From NCBI GenBank assembly GCA_963796105.1, contig CAWCKJ010000002.1:256001-320000 (forward strand): DNA of 64,000 nucleotides. The letters are read 5' to 3'. Below the pieces are notes generated by a model. The model was not told the origin of the DNA and ran no database searches. It was given only the letters and a program-made list of their open reading frames with translations. The translations under genes were made by a program, and so were the position numbers. This document shows, in pieces, positions 1 to 8,254 of this stretch (its first letter is position 1; each line of letters opens with the position of its first letter). The stretch comes from a candidate division FCPU426 bacterium. Lineage in GTDB: Bacteria > Oederibacteriota > Muellerivitia > Muellerivitales > Muellerivitaceae.

Positions 1-957
1 GCCCCCAAGGAATACCTCAAGCTTCCCGGAAGGCTAAAGTTCGGTGAGCCGGGCGGGTTCATAACGCTGGAGGGAAAGGACGACCAAAAAACCGGGGATT
101 TCGCCGAGGCGTGCCGCCTCTGGAAGGGGGCGAGGCGGGAGATCAAGCGGCTGGAGAAAAAGGCCATGGCGGGCCGGGAACGCGTCAAGGCCATGATGCG
201 CGGGATCAGGGAGGGGGAGAACGCCGCTTACCGCGCCAGCATGGAGATGGTGGAAGCCAACCTGCGCCTGGTCATCGCCATTGCCAAGAAATACCAGAAC
301 CGGGGACTGCCATTGCTGGATCTCGTCCAGGAAGGCAATATCGGCCTCATGAGGGCGGTCGAGAAGTTCGAGTACCGCCGGGGCTACAAATTTTCCACCT
401 ACGCCACCTGGTGGGTCCGCCAAGCCATATCCAGGGCCATCGCGGACCAGGCCCGAACGATCCGCCTCCCGGTGCACTTGAATGAGGTCATCTACAAGTC
501 CATGAAGGCCACCCGCGACCTGGTGCAGGAACTGGGCCGTGAACCCATGATGGATGAGATCGCCGAACGTATCGATATGCCCGTTGAAAAGGTCCGAGGG
601 TTCCTCAAATCAGCACAATCGCCCGTCTCGCTCGACTTGCCTGTCGGGGAATACCAAGAGTCCCGTTTCGGGGATTTCATAGCCGATACGGAGGCCGTCA
701 GCCCGGATAACGCGGCCGTTTTCACGATCCTGCGGGAAAAGATCACGAAGATTCTTGGGACCCTGAATGCCAGGGAAGCGGAGGTCCTGCGCCAGCGGTT
801 CGGGCTGAACAACAACAATCCCCGCACGCTGGAGGAAGTGGGAAGCGTTTTTCAAGTCACCCGGGAGCGTATCCGGCAGATTGAGGCCAGGGCCTTGAGA
901 AAATTGAAGCATCCCACGAGACTCCGGGTTCTCCAGAGTTACAGGGATTTGGCGTAG
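1..957 (+). CDS. RpoD-like sigma-70 factor, paralogue 1 (5' end outside window)
   Basis: Frame is open from base 1 ([10 protein letters not shown]...). Regions 2 ([42 protein letters not shown]) and 4.2 ([18 protein letters not shown]) are present. Collinear with the 24825..26630 protein. Confidence 0.95.
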   Translation, partial: APKEYLKLPGRLKFGEPGGFITLEGKDDQKTGDFAEACRLWKGARREIKRLEKKAMAGRERVKAMMRGIREGENAAYRASMEMVEANLRLVIAIAKKYQNRGLPLLDLVQEGNIGLMRAVEKFEYRRGYKFSTYATWWVRQAISRAIADQARTIRLPVHLNEVIYKSMKATRDLVQELGREPMMDEIAERIDMPVEKVRGFLKSAQSPVSLDLPVGEYQESRFGDFIADTEAVSPDNAAVFTILREKITKILGTLNAREAEVLRQRFGLNNNNPRTLEEVGSVFQVTRERIRQIEARALRKLKHPTRLRVLQSYRDLA

Positions 958-1084
958 AAAAATAATTGTCTCGGTTGAAATATCCGATTTTCAGTTGGGA
1001 ATTATTTAACACAAAATTCACGTTAGCCAAGAAATATATTTTTCCATAAGCGCTACTATTAAGCGCACTTATCCAAAATAGACT

Positions 1085-1370
1085 TTAGCCACAGATGTGC
1101 CAATCTTCCATAAAGCTTATATGAAGATTGTTACGATACCGACCTCCTTAATTACTTATAGGAAGGTCGGCATGCATGGGATTCAACAAGATTAGATCGT
1201 GAAAAAGGTTTTGCCTTTGCGCCCGATGGGCGTTATGGCCCTGCCTGCGGACCGTGGAAAAATTAATTTTTCCATCGGCCATAGGCTGAGCCATAGAGCA
1301 CGATTGATAAACTTTTTACGCAAAATCCAATTTCTTCCTATCCCCTGCATCCCCTGAATCCGTGGCAAAG
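1085..1370 (-). repeat. Palindromic MITE/REP-like element, family A, expanded by internal hairpins
   Basis: Ends TTAGCCACAGAT (1085) and ATCCGTGGCAAA (~1358-1369) are imperfect inverted repeats. The reverse complement of 1338-1370 nearly matches 19166-19199. Internal hairpins at 1101-1130 and 1139-1170, and a perfect 20 bp palindrome at 1255-1274. Confidence 0.7.
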
Positions 1371-1494
1371 GACTTTGTTTTGCTTTATGTCTATTAGAAT
1401 TAAAAACTTCTGATTTTATTTATCTTTGTTCCTTGGCTTTTGTTTAATTTGGACGCTATGACTTTTAATGAGTTTTTCTTTTACCGGAGGGATC

Positions 1495-1734
1495 ATGGAA
1501 ATCAAGGAATCGTTGCGGTGCTACATCCTTCAAAAGTTTGTTTACTTGATCCGGACCGTCAATATGGACCTGCGAAACAACATGGTTATCACCAGGACGG
1601 AGAAAAAATGCAGTGAGGCTCATTTATGCTGTAAAACAAACGTGCTTTGCAAATGGGTTTCATCGGATTATTGCTATGATGGAATGGATCGGAAGAACCT
1701 CCCCCCCTTTATCGACGACCCCCGTAATAACTGA
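1495..1734 (+). CDS. Small Cys-rich hypothetical protein (79 aa)
   Basis: GGAGGG Shine-Dalgarno just before ATG 1495; cluster CSEAHLCCKTNVLCKWVSSDYC. No family recognised. Confidence 0.4.
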   Translation: MEIKESLRCYILQKFVYLIRTVNMDLRNNMVITRTEKKCSEAHLCCKTNVLCKWVSSDYCYDGMDRKNLPPFIDDPRNN

Positions 1735-1820
1735 TCCCATAGACCGGCTTGACCCCTGGTCCTTGGCAGGCTGTTAATAGGCCTAACCCTTTCATATCCC
1801 GGTTCTTCAGGTTGGCCCCC

Positions 1821-2721
1821 ATTCGCGAATCGCGCAAGTTGCGCGAATGGAAAGTTGCGCGATTCAACCTTGCGCGATTCGGCTTGGAAGTTGCGCGAAT
1901 CCCAAAAAAAGTTGCGCGATTCGATCCCATGGGTGTCATTTGTCCCGCCGCGGGACAAATCTATGGTCATAAGCTAATAAACACGGCAATTATGTCCAGC
2001 CGCTGGACAAAACTTCCTCGGAGATATGGGCTCTGCCCAGCGGCTGGGCAGGAGAGGGGAAATCCAGAGAATACCAGAGGCTAACCCGGGAACATTCGGA
2101 CTTAAGCCGGGAACAGCGGCAGATAACCCGGGAACAGGGTAGATAACCCGCCCACATTGCCGGGAACATCCGTCGGAAAGGGAGATAACCCGCCCACATT
2201 TCCGCCGGTCGGGAGGATAAACCGCCCACATTGCCGGGAACATGTGTCGGCAGGGAGGATAACCCGCCCACATTTCCGCCGACACCTACCGGAGTTGAGG
2301 ATAAACCGCCCACATTTTCGTAGGTAACCCGGGATAACCTGGTGACAGGCTGGGATAACCTGGTGACACCTACTGGCATTTTCGTCGGCAACCTAGGATA
2401 CCCCTATGCTGAGCCTACAAGGCGAAGCATGCGACTCGATTATTTTTATCGCCCTTGGACGTAAGTCCATCCAACGGGTGGGTGTGTTGGCGCCAAGATA
2501 ATGGCGCCAATAACCTGGTGACAGGAGCCCTGTCCCCATAGCGGAGTTATTTCACCAATTAATTGTGATTTTAGCTGGGTCTCTGGGTCCCTGTGGTGGA
2601 TATTGGTTTTCCGCCCACATTACTGGCGGTATTTTGCCCTAACTCAGGGCAAGACTGGAAGCTAGATGTTGCGCGAATCGGCTGAAAAGTTGCGCGATTC
2701 GTATAGAAGGTTGCGCGATTC
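1821..2721. repeat. Composite, helically phased direct-repeat and palindrome array (iteron- or centromere-like)
   Basis: (G)TTGCGCGA(A/T)T at 1838, 1854, 1869, 1890, 1911, 2668, 2689, 2710. GATAA(C/A)CCGCCCACATT at 2142, 2184, 2216, 2258, 2300. CCGGGAACA at 2086, 2107, 2128, 2160, 2234. GATAACCTGGTGACA at 2333, 2354 (partial ~2510). TGYCC-N7-GGRCA at 1941, 1993, 2034, 2635. Confidence 0.9.
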
Positions 2722-2740
2722 AAAATACCCGTGATAAAAT
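2711..2740 (+). promoter_or_regulatory. Putative sigma-70 promoter overlapping the last repeat of the array
   Basis: TTGCGC (2711-2716), 18 bp spacer, extended -10 TGaTAAAAT (2732-2740). ATG at 2750 has no Shine-Dalgarno. Confidence 0.45.
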
Positions 2741-2749
2741 CCCATTTAT

Positions 2750-3538
2750 ATGGTGCCTAAATTTATAAACGCCTTGTTTTCAAGCTTTTTATCGGTACTC
2801 CTGTGGATTGCCAGCCTTTACCACGGGGGTCTGATTGTTTTAGCCATCCTCTGTTCAGCCAAACTCCCACCGGCCTACGATGTACCCTTGGGCTGGACCC
2901 AATACCTGGATTCTAATGGCGCCAGCTCATTTTCCTTTTGGGTTTATTTTTCCTCCTTAACCGCCTACCTCATCTGGGAGACTGTCCATTCGGACTTCAA
3001 AAAACCCAAGGGAATTGAGCTGTTGTTCCAAAAAGCGGGAGCAGGGGAGAACGCCGTGGTGGGGTGGTTCCTATTAGACCTGTTCGCACGTTACAACCAT
3101 CATCATTTGTTTTACAGCCTTATGCCCGACTACCTGGATAAGACCCTGGCGGTTTGTTTCCTGCTTTGGTTGGACCAAAAGATCGTAAACTCCATTTTAC
3201 GAAACCGGCAAGCCATCGTTGTTGCCAATCCAGTTCGGATTCCCAAAGCTCCTGTTGAAACTATCCCTTTACCCTCTAAAGATGTCATGGAAGAAAAAAA
3301 CCAACTAAAGTTGATTGTCCCGGTAAAGCAAGAATTACCCAATGATCAATCACTGGCTGAATTGGAAGAAAAAATTTTGAAATACATCCGCCGCCATGAA
3401 AAGGCAGGCACTGCGGAATTGGTAAAAGCCCTTAGAGTTCCTCCGAGGACGGTGAATTACTGGCAAAAGAAACTGCTCTCGAATGGGCGTTTGGAGAGAG
3501 TGGGGAAGGGCAAAGCGGCGGTTTACAGACTGAAATAG
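2750..3538 (+). CDS. Membrane protein with C-terminal winged helix-turn-helix domain
   Basis: Three to four hydrophobic segments in aa 1-145, then a Pro/Lys/Glu linker, then EEKILKYIRRHEKAGTAELVKALRVPPRTVNYWQKKLLSNGRLERVGKGKAAVYRL, typical of DeoR/Fic-associated wHTH. Confidence 0.8.
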   Translation: MVPKFINALFSSFLSVLLWIASLYHGGLIVLAILCSAKLPPAYDVPLGWTQYLDSNGASSFSFWVYFSSLTAYLIWETVHSDFKKPKGIELLFQKAGAGENAVVGWFLLDLFARYNHHHLFYSLMPDYLDKTLAVCFLLWLDQKIVNSILRNRQAIVVANPVRIPKAPVETIPLPSKDVMEEKNQLKLIVPVKQELPNDQSLAELEEKILKYIRRHEKAGTAELVKALRVPPRTVNYWQKKLLSNGRLERVGKGKAAVYRLK

Positions 3539-3821
3539 GATCATAGAGTAAAAGTTAAGGCGAAAAAAACACCATTAATTGGTAATAGGGCTATTCAAAA
3601 AGTCCCTATTCTTTTACGCCGGGGCGTTAAAATAAAGGTTAATGAGCGACGGTTCGAGTCCAGTCCGGGGACCCGTCGCGGACAAATAAAGGCAACTTTT
3701 TGACAATTAAGCGTGGGTTTGTATCCAACCCAGGGAGCCATTTACACTGTTTTAGAAATAATCATATATATATAATCACTGGAATTACACAAGCTTTAAT
3801 GGGGAAGAGAAGGAATGGGTA

Positions 3822-4439
3822 ATGTTTGACCGCAGGGAACATTGGGAAAAGATCTACCGGGAAAAGCATCCGGACCAGATGAGCTGGTACCAAACGGAGC
3901 CGAAAAAGTCCCTCGATTTGATAACCCACGCCAGGACTCTATTGAGTGGAAATATCATAGATGTGGGCGGCGGGTCATCGGTCTTGGTGGACCGCCTTTT
4001 AAAAACCGGCTTCAAGAACATCACTGTTTTAGATATCTCTGAAACAGCCCTCGAAAGCTCCAAAAAGAGGCTGGGAATCAAGGCCAAGAAAGTGAAATGG
4101 GTGGTTGAGGATATCACCAAATTCAATCCCACCCGTAAATTCGACCTCTGGCATGACCGGGCGGTATTTCATTTCCTCACGGGGGAAGTGGACCGGAGAA
4201 AATACGTCGAGGCCCTTAACAAGGCGCTCAAACCGGGAGGCCATTTGGTTCTGGCTTCTTTCGCTCGCCGCGGCCCTAGTGAATGCAGTAACTTGAAAGT
4301 GTGCCAATATGACTCGGCATCCATCCAAAGGGAGCTGGGGATTGAGTTCAAGCTCGTCAAGGAAGAGCAGGAAAACCACATCACTCCCTGGATGAAAGAA
4401 CAAAAATTCGTTTATTTTTTGTTCACAAAAACCAAGTAA
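3822..4439 (+). CDS. Class I SAM-dependent methyltransferase
   Basis: IIDVGGGSS motif I, VLDIS, FDLWHDRAVFHFL, LKPGG. Confidence 0.9.
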   Translation: MFDRREHWEKIYREKHPDQMSWYQTEPKKSLDLITHARTLLSGNIIDVGGGSSVLVDRLLKTGFKNITVLDISETALESSKKRLGIKAKKVKWVVEDITKFNPTRKFDLWHDRAVFHFLTGEVDRRKYVEALNKALKPGGHLVLASFARRGPSECSNLKVCQYDSASIQRELGIEFKLVKEEQENHITPWMKEQKFVYFLFTKTK

Positions 4440-4443
4440 TTCT

Positions 4444-4485
4444 TCACCACGGGTTCTTTCAGAACCACAAAGGCACAGTAAGGAA
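4444..4485 (+). repeat. Dispersed intergenic repeat family B, copy 1
   Basis: TCACCACGGGTTCTTTCAGAACCACAAAGGCACAGTAAGGAA; near-identical to 9458 and related to 17238; GGTTC/GAACC hairpin. Confidence 0.85.
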
Positions 4486-4672
4486 CATCTTTAGTTTTTT
4501 AATACCTCACAACCAGATAAAGCTTACTTCGGTGCGAAGCCCCACGGTTTTAAAGAAGAGATTTTATTGGCTTTTTTAGATAATATTTAACCTTTCTTTA
4601 ACATTCCGCTGGTTTTTGAGAAATAAAATATTTTTCTTTTTAATAATCCTGAATTGAATTCCACCATTGATT

Positions 4673-6595
4673 ATGAAAACCATTTCTCGATTTTTGGCGT
4701 CGATTCCCTTGGCTTTATTCCTGCCTTTTGAGTCCTTCCTTTATGGCCAAACTCCAACACCCTCTCCCACGCTTCCTGACAACATTTACGAATTGAAGGA
4801 AGTGGTCGTTTATGGGGAAAAAGCCGGGGGCGATGTTCTTGAGGGCGCCGCGCTGGACTCCCTGGAGTCCGATGGCCGTTTGGGGGATTTACTGGACCAG
4901 ATCCCCTCCGTGGAATCCCAGGGCCTGGGCGGGGCCAAGAGTTTCGGCAATCCCTCCATCCGGGGGGCCGCGGCCGAGCAAACCGTGATTCTTTTGAACG
5001 GGCAAAGGGTCAACCAGGGTTTTGATTTGGGGAATATTCCTACCGATAATATCGAGCGGATTGAGGTGATCAAGGGGCCAGCCGCCTTGGCCTATGGCTC
5101 GGACGCCACGGGCGGAGTCATCAATATCATTACCAAGACCGGGGGACAGGAAGGGTTGATAGGGGCGTCCTACGGCGGCTTTGAAACTTACCAACTGAGG
5201 GGTTCCACCGGAACCTGGAAAACCGGGCCCTGGGAGGCCTCGTTCGGGGGCAATTGGTACCAAACCGACGGATACACCATCAACACCGACCAGAAATCCT
5301 GGGAGCTAGACCACGCCTCCTCCTTTCGCCTGGGTCAAGGCAGGCTGACCCTATCGGCACAATACACTAACCGAGATGGCGGAGCCCCGAACGGGGACAG
5401 TCTTTCGGCCCAGGATATCGGTGAATTTGACACGGATGACCGGGGCCAAAAGCGGACCTTCAACGCGGTCATTGGGGACCAATTGCGCTTGGGGGATTGG
5501 ACGCTGGATTCCTCGCTTTCGTACAACCACACCTACGCCTACCGTCTTAGCCCATTGGCGGCGGATAACGCGGACGGCGTTCCGCTCGTGGACCTGAACA
5601 ACTACGACACTTATGACGGGTGGTCTTCGGCTTCCGCCAAATGGAAGGGTTTGCTTAGCGCTCTCACCTTGGGCCTGGAATTCCGAAGCGAACAAATTCA
5701 GGGCATCGAGGGGCTGGATGGAGCAGGAATTAGAGAAAACAACGTAGGCTCTATTTTCGCCCGAGGAACGATTAGCCTCAACCCGGGCCTCTCGATCAAG
5801 TGGAGTGGACGGCTCGACGGGTACGCCGATTACAACACAGTGGTTTTCAACCCCTCGGGAACGCTGAGGTACGATCTGGAGCCTGGCCGTTCTGTTTATC
5901 TGGAGTCGGGCACGGGATACCGGCGTCCGGATTTCGACGAGCTTTACCATCCCTTGATCCCTTATGTGACTCCTGGGCCGGTGGAATTCGGGAGCGGGGA
6001 AACGGGCAACCCCGCTTTACAGCCGGAAAGTTCGATCAATTGGGAAGCAGGGACGGATTTGGTTTGGAACCAATTGATCCTCAAGGTAGACGGTTTCGCC
6101 GATTTTTACTCCAACCTGATCGTTCCGGCGCAAAACACAACGGGCTATTGGACTTTCGAGAATATCGCCCAGGCCCGGTTATTCGGAGCGGAAGCCGATC
6201 TGCGCTGGAGCCCGGCACCTTGGTTTTCGCCCTATGGAAATCTCCTGTATGTGGATTCCCGGGATACAGAAACCAACCAGCCCATAGCCATGAGAATGAA
6301 GGAAAAATTTACAGGCGGTATCAGGTCGGATATTTTCCCGGGCGCCGAATTGAACCTTTACACCCAATACGTGGAACATAACCCCGCGCTCTATCAAGGC
6401 GCCTATGACGAGGAGGCACCGATCATCACCTTGACTTCCTATTGGATCTGGAACGCGGAATTCAAACTCAAGGTTGGAAAATCCTTGAAAATTTTCCTGA
6501 ACGGCACCAACCTTCTTAACTCCTATTTCGCCACGCTTCAGGGCCTGCCTATGCCGGGACGTTACTTGGAAGCGGGAACCACCTGGAGTTTCTAG
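4673..6595 (+). CDS. TonB-dependent outer membrane receptor (BtuB/CirA-like)
   Basis: Signal peptide, TonB-box-like EVVVYG, plug motifs SIRG..AEQTVILLNG and IERIEVIKGP...YGSDA.GGVINIITK, GNPALQPE, C-terminal Phe. Start could be TTG 4667. Confidence 0.93.
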   Translation: MKTISRFLASIPLALFLPFESFLYGQTPTPSPTLPDNIYELKEVVVYGEKAGGDVLEGAALDSLESDGRLGDLLDQIPSVESQGLGGAKSFGNPSIRGAAAEQTVILLNGQRVNQGFDLGNIPTDNIERIEVIKGPAALAYGSDATGGVINIITKTGGQEGLIGASYGGFETYQLRGSTGTWKTGPWEASFGGNWYQTDGYTINTDQKSWELDHASSFRLGQGRLTLSAQYTNRDGGAPNGDSLSAQDIGEFDTDDRGQKRTFNAVIGDQLRLGDWTLDSSLSYNHTYAYRLSPLAADNADGVPLVDLNNYDTYDGWSSASAKWKGLLSALTLGLEFRSEQIQGIEGLDGAGIRENNVGSIFARGTISLNPGLSIKWSGRLDGYADYNTVVFNPSGTLRYDLEPGRSVYLESGTGYRRPDFDELYHPLIPYVTPGPVEFGSGETGNPALQPESSINWEAGTDLVWNQLILKVDGFADFYSNLIVPAQNTTGYWTFENIAQARLFGAEADLRWSPAPWFSPYGNLLYVDSRDTETNQPIAMRMKEKFTGGIRSDIFPGAELNLYTQYVEHNPALYQGAYDEEAPIITLTSYWIWNAEFKLKVGKSLKIFLNGTNLLNSYFATLQGLPMPGRYLEAGTTWSF

Positions 6596-6610
6596 GGTAT
6601 TTAAGTATTA

Positions 6611-8254
6611 CCTGAATTTTGCACCGAGTTTACCGATTCCGTGGCCAGATCGGCCTGAATCGGGACCCGACAGTGGCCATTTTCATCAGAAGTGAACTTA
6701 TGTGCAAAGAATTTTTTGCACCAAGCCACTTCTAGGCCGCCCTGGGTCTTTCCAATCGTTTTCGATCAAGGTATTTGAGGAAACCCAATAGGCCCGCTGT
6801 CCTATCATCATGGATTGAATACCTCACCACATCCCGATGGCCGTGATACTGGATTCGGGCGGCTACAAAGAGCATCTTCAAACGTGCGATCCGAAGGGTA
6901 TGGTCCGGCATGGTGATCTGTTCCTTCTCCTGTGGCTTCTTTCCCGGTCGCTTTTCTTTTCCACAATGGCCCACCATTAGTTTCATCCACCTCCAGAGGT
7001 TGTAAGCCAGCATCACGATCTGGAAAAAAGCATGGTGGCTTTGGAAACTCTTAGAGGGAATTGCTAATAACCCCTCCCGTTGCGCCTCACCAATCAGGTT
7101 TTCCACATCCGCGCGCAGGTCGTATTCCTCAACCACCCGATGGGGTGCTCCCAGACAGTTGGTCGCGAAGATTCGGTAGACATATCCTTCCATTTCAGGA
7201 AGGCTCAATTGTTTCTCCCGCGCTTTTTCATCCAGCGTCCTCATCGCCACAAACCGGACTGGTTGTTGCCAGCCTATGGGTTGATGGACACATTCGTTGT
7301 ATTCGTGTTCTCCATGGCGGTACCAACCCTTTTTCGTGAAAGGCGGGTCATGCCGCTTGTTCCCGAAGATGAAAGAAAACCCTTCTTTTTCACAGGCTTT
7401 CACGCTTTCCCAGCCGATCATTTCACCGTCACCGCGCACCAGAATCGTCCGGACACAGGACGGCAAGAGTCGCCGGAATTGTCTAATTTGGCGGGCCACT
7501 TCCTCAGAACTAAGGGTGGTTCCGCGTCTTTGGGTTCCGCACAAATATTCCCGGGTTTCCTGGAGAAAACACAGAATGGGCCTCAGTCCCTTCTTGCCCC
7601 GGTGCTTGGGGTTGTATCCTTTTCGGCTTCCCTCGATATTTCCGTAGACCGTTGCGGTGGTGGTATCGATGTTGATCTCCACCTTCTTGGGGGCATATTT
7701 CACCTGTCCCCAAACCTTGGCCCGTAACGCCCCACTCAGATTCAGCAACGATGCCGACTGCCCGATCCCCAGCGACCTCAGGTATCTCCAAAAAGTTGTC
7801 ACTACCGGCAACAAGGGAACCCGCAGTAAACCGCACAGCATGACCTCACCCCGCAGGTAGGCAAAATGGCCAAGTCTTTGGAACCCGATGAAAAGAAGCA
7901 TTAGGATGCCGCTTACCATCCGGTAGTGGCCCAAATTCGGAAGGCGTTTAGGTGCGGCATAGTGTTTTTTGAATTCCCGCTCAAAATCAAGAAGGTCGAA
8001 CATCTTCGCCAATGCCAACAATCCGCCAAAAGCTGTTAGGCGGTCTTCGCAAATACCTACGGGAGTATTGGCCGTAATCTTGGGCGCGATTCTCCCGTTT
8101 CGATTGGCTTTTTTCTGGACTTGCGGGTTTGATTTCTGAGGCGTATCTTGACGTTTCACCATCTGGGGGACCCTCTTTTAGGATGAGTTGGCTTCGCAAC
8201 CCTTATCCTATAATGGTTTCCTAGATGGTTTTTTTATTAGGCGCAAAATTCAGG
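6611..8254 (-). mobile_element. IS1380-family insertion sequence (1644 bp)
   Basis: Terminal inverted repeats CCTGAATTTTGCAC (6611) and CCTGAATTTTGCGC (reverse complement of 8241-8254); 5 bp target duplication TATTA at 6606-6610 and 8255-8259. Confidence 0.93.
6732..8162 (-). CDS. IS1380-family DDE transposase
   Basis: LTAFGGL N-terminal motif, INIDTT...YGNIEG..KGYNP, LVRGDG, Y..RADVENLIGE; lies between the inverted repeats. Confidence 0.92.
   Translation of the reverse strand: MVKRQDTPQKSNPQVQKKANRNGRIAPKITANTPVGICEDRLTAFGGLLALAKMFDLLDFEREFKKHYAAPKRLPNLGHYRMVSGILMLLFIGFQRLGHFAYLRGEVMLCGLLRVPLLPVVTTFWRYLRSLGIGQSASLLNLSGALRAKVWGQVKYAPKKVEINIDTTTATVYGNIEGSRKGYNPKHRGKKGLRPILCFLQETREYLCGTQRRGTTLSSEEVARQIRQFRRLLPSCVRTILVRGDGEMIGWESVKACEKEGFSFIFGNKRHDPPFTKKGWYRHGEHEYNECVHQPIGWQQPVRFVAMRTLDEKAREKQLSLPEMEGYVYRIFATNCLGAPHRVVEEYDLRADVENLIGEAQREGLLAIPSKSFQSHHAFFQIVMLAYNLWRWMKLMVGHCGKEKRPGKKPQEKEQITMPDHTLRIARLKMLFVAARIQYHGHRDVVRYSIHDDRTAGLLGFLKYLDRKRLERPRAA

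Noticed and set aside
2148..2316. TGTGGGCGG on the minus strand matching the Tn7 terminal sequence
   Set aside because: It occurs as multiple internal direct copies rather than one terminus, and there are no tns genes or opposite end.
2210..2360. GGATAA motifs as DnaA boxes of oriC
   Set aside because: No perfect TTATCCACA, no clear AT-rich unwinding element inside the array and no dnaA/dnaN context.
2081..2370. CRISPR or TIGR-like guide array
   Set aside because: Repeats are only 9-17 bp, intervening sequences are short and themselves repeated, several motif families are mixed, and no cas or Nop-domain gene is in the window.
1674..2391. Minus-strand ORFs with 7-aa repeats (ESRNF, NVGGLSS, VTRLS) as real proteins
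   Set aside because: They follow automatically from 21 bp DNA periodicity; the 32 bp spacing shifts frame (NVGG becomes MWAG), and no RBS or domain is evident. A decayed gene is not fully excluded.
3610..3690. Complete tRNA gene
   Set aside because: Only a T-loop-like motif; acceptor, D and anticodon arms and CCA cannot be built.
4440..4670. Cobalamin riboswitch upstream of the BtuB-like receptor
   Set aside because: No GGGAA...GCCCCCGCAACTGT core or B12 box; the structured part belongs to repeat family B.
8188..8214. Outward-facing IS promoter TTGGCT...TATAAT
   Set aside because: The spacer is only 15 bp and there is no other support.
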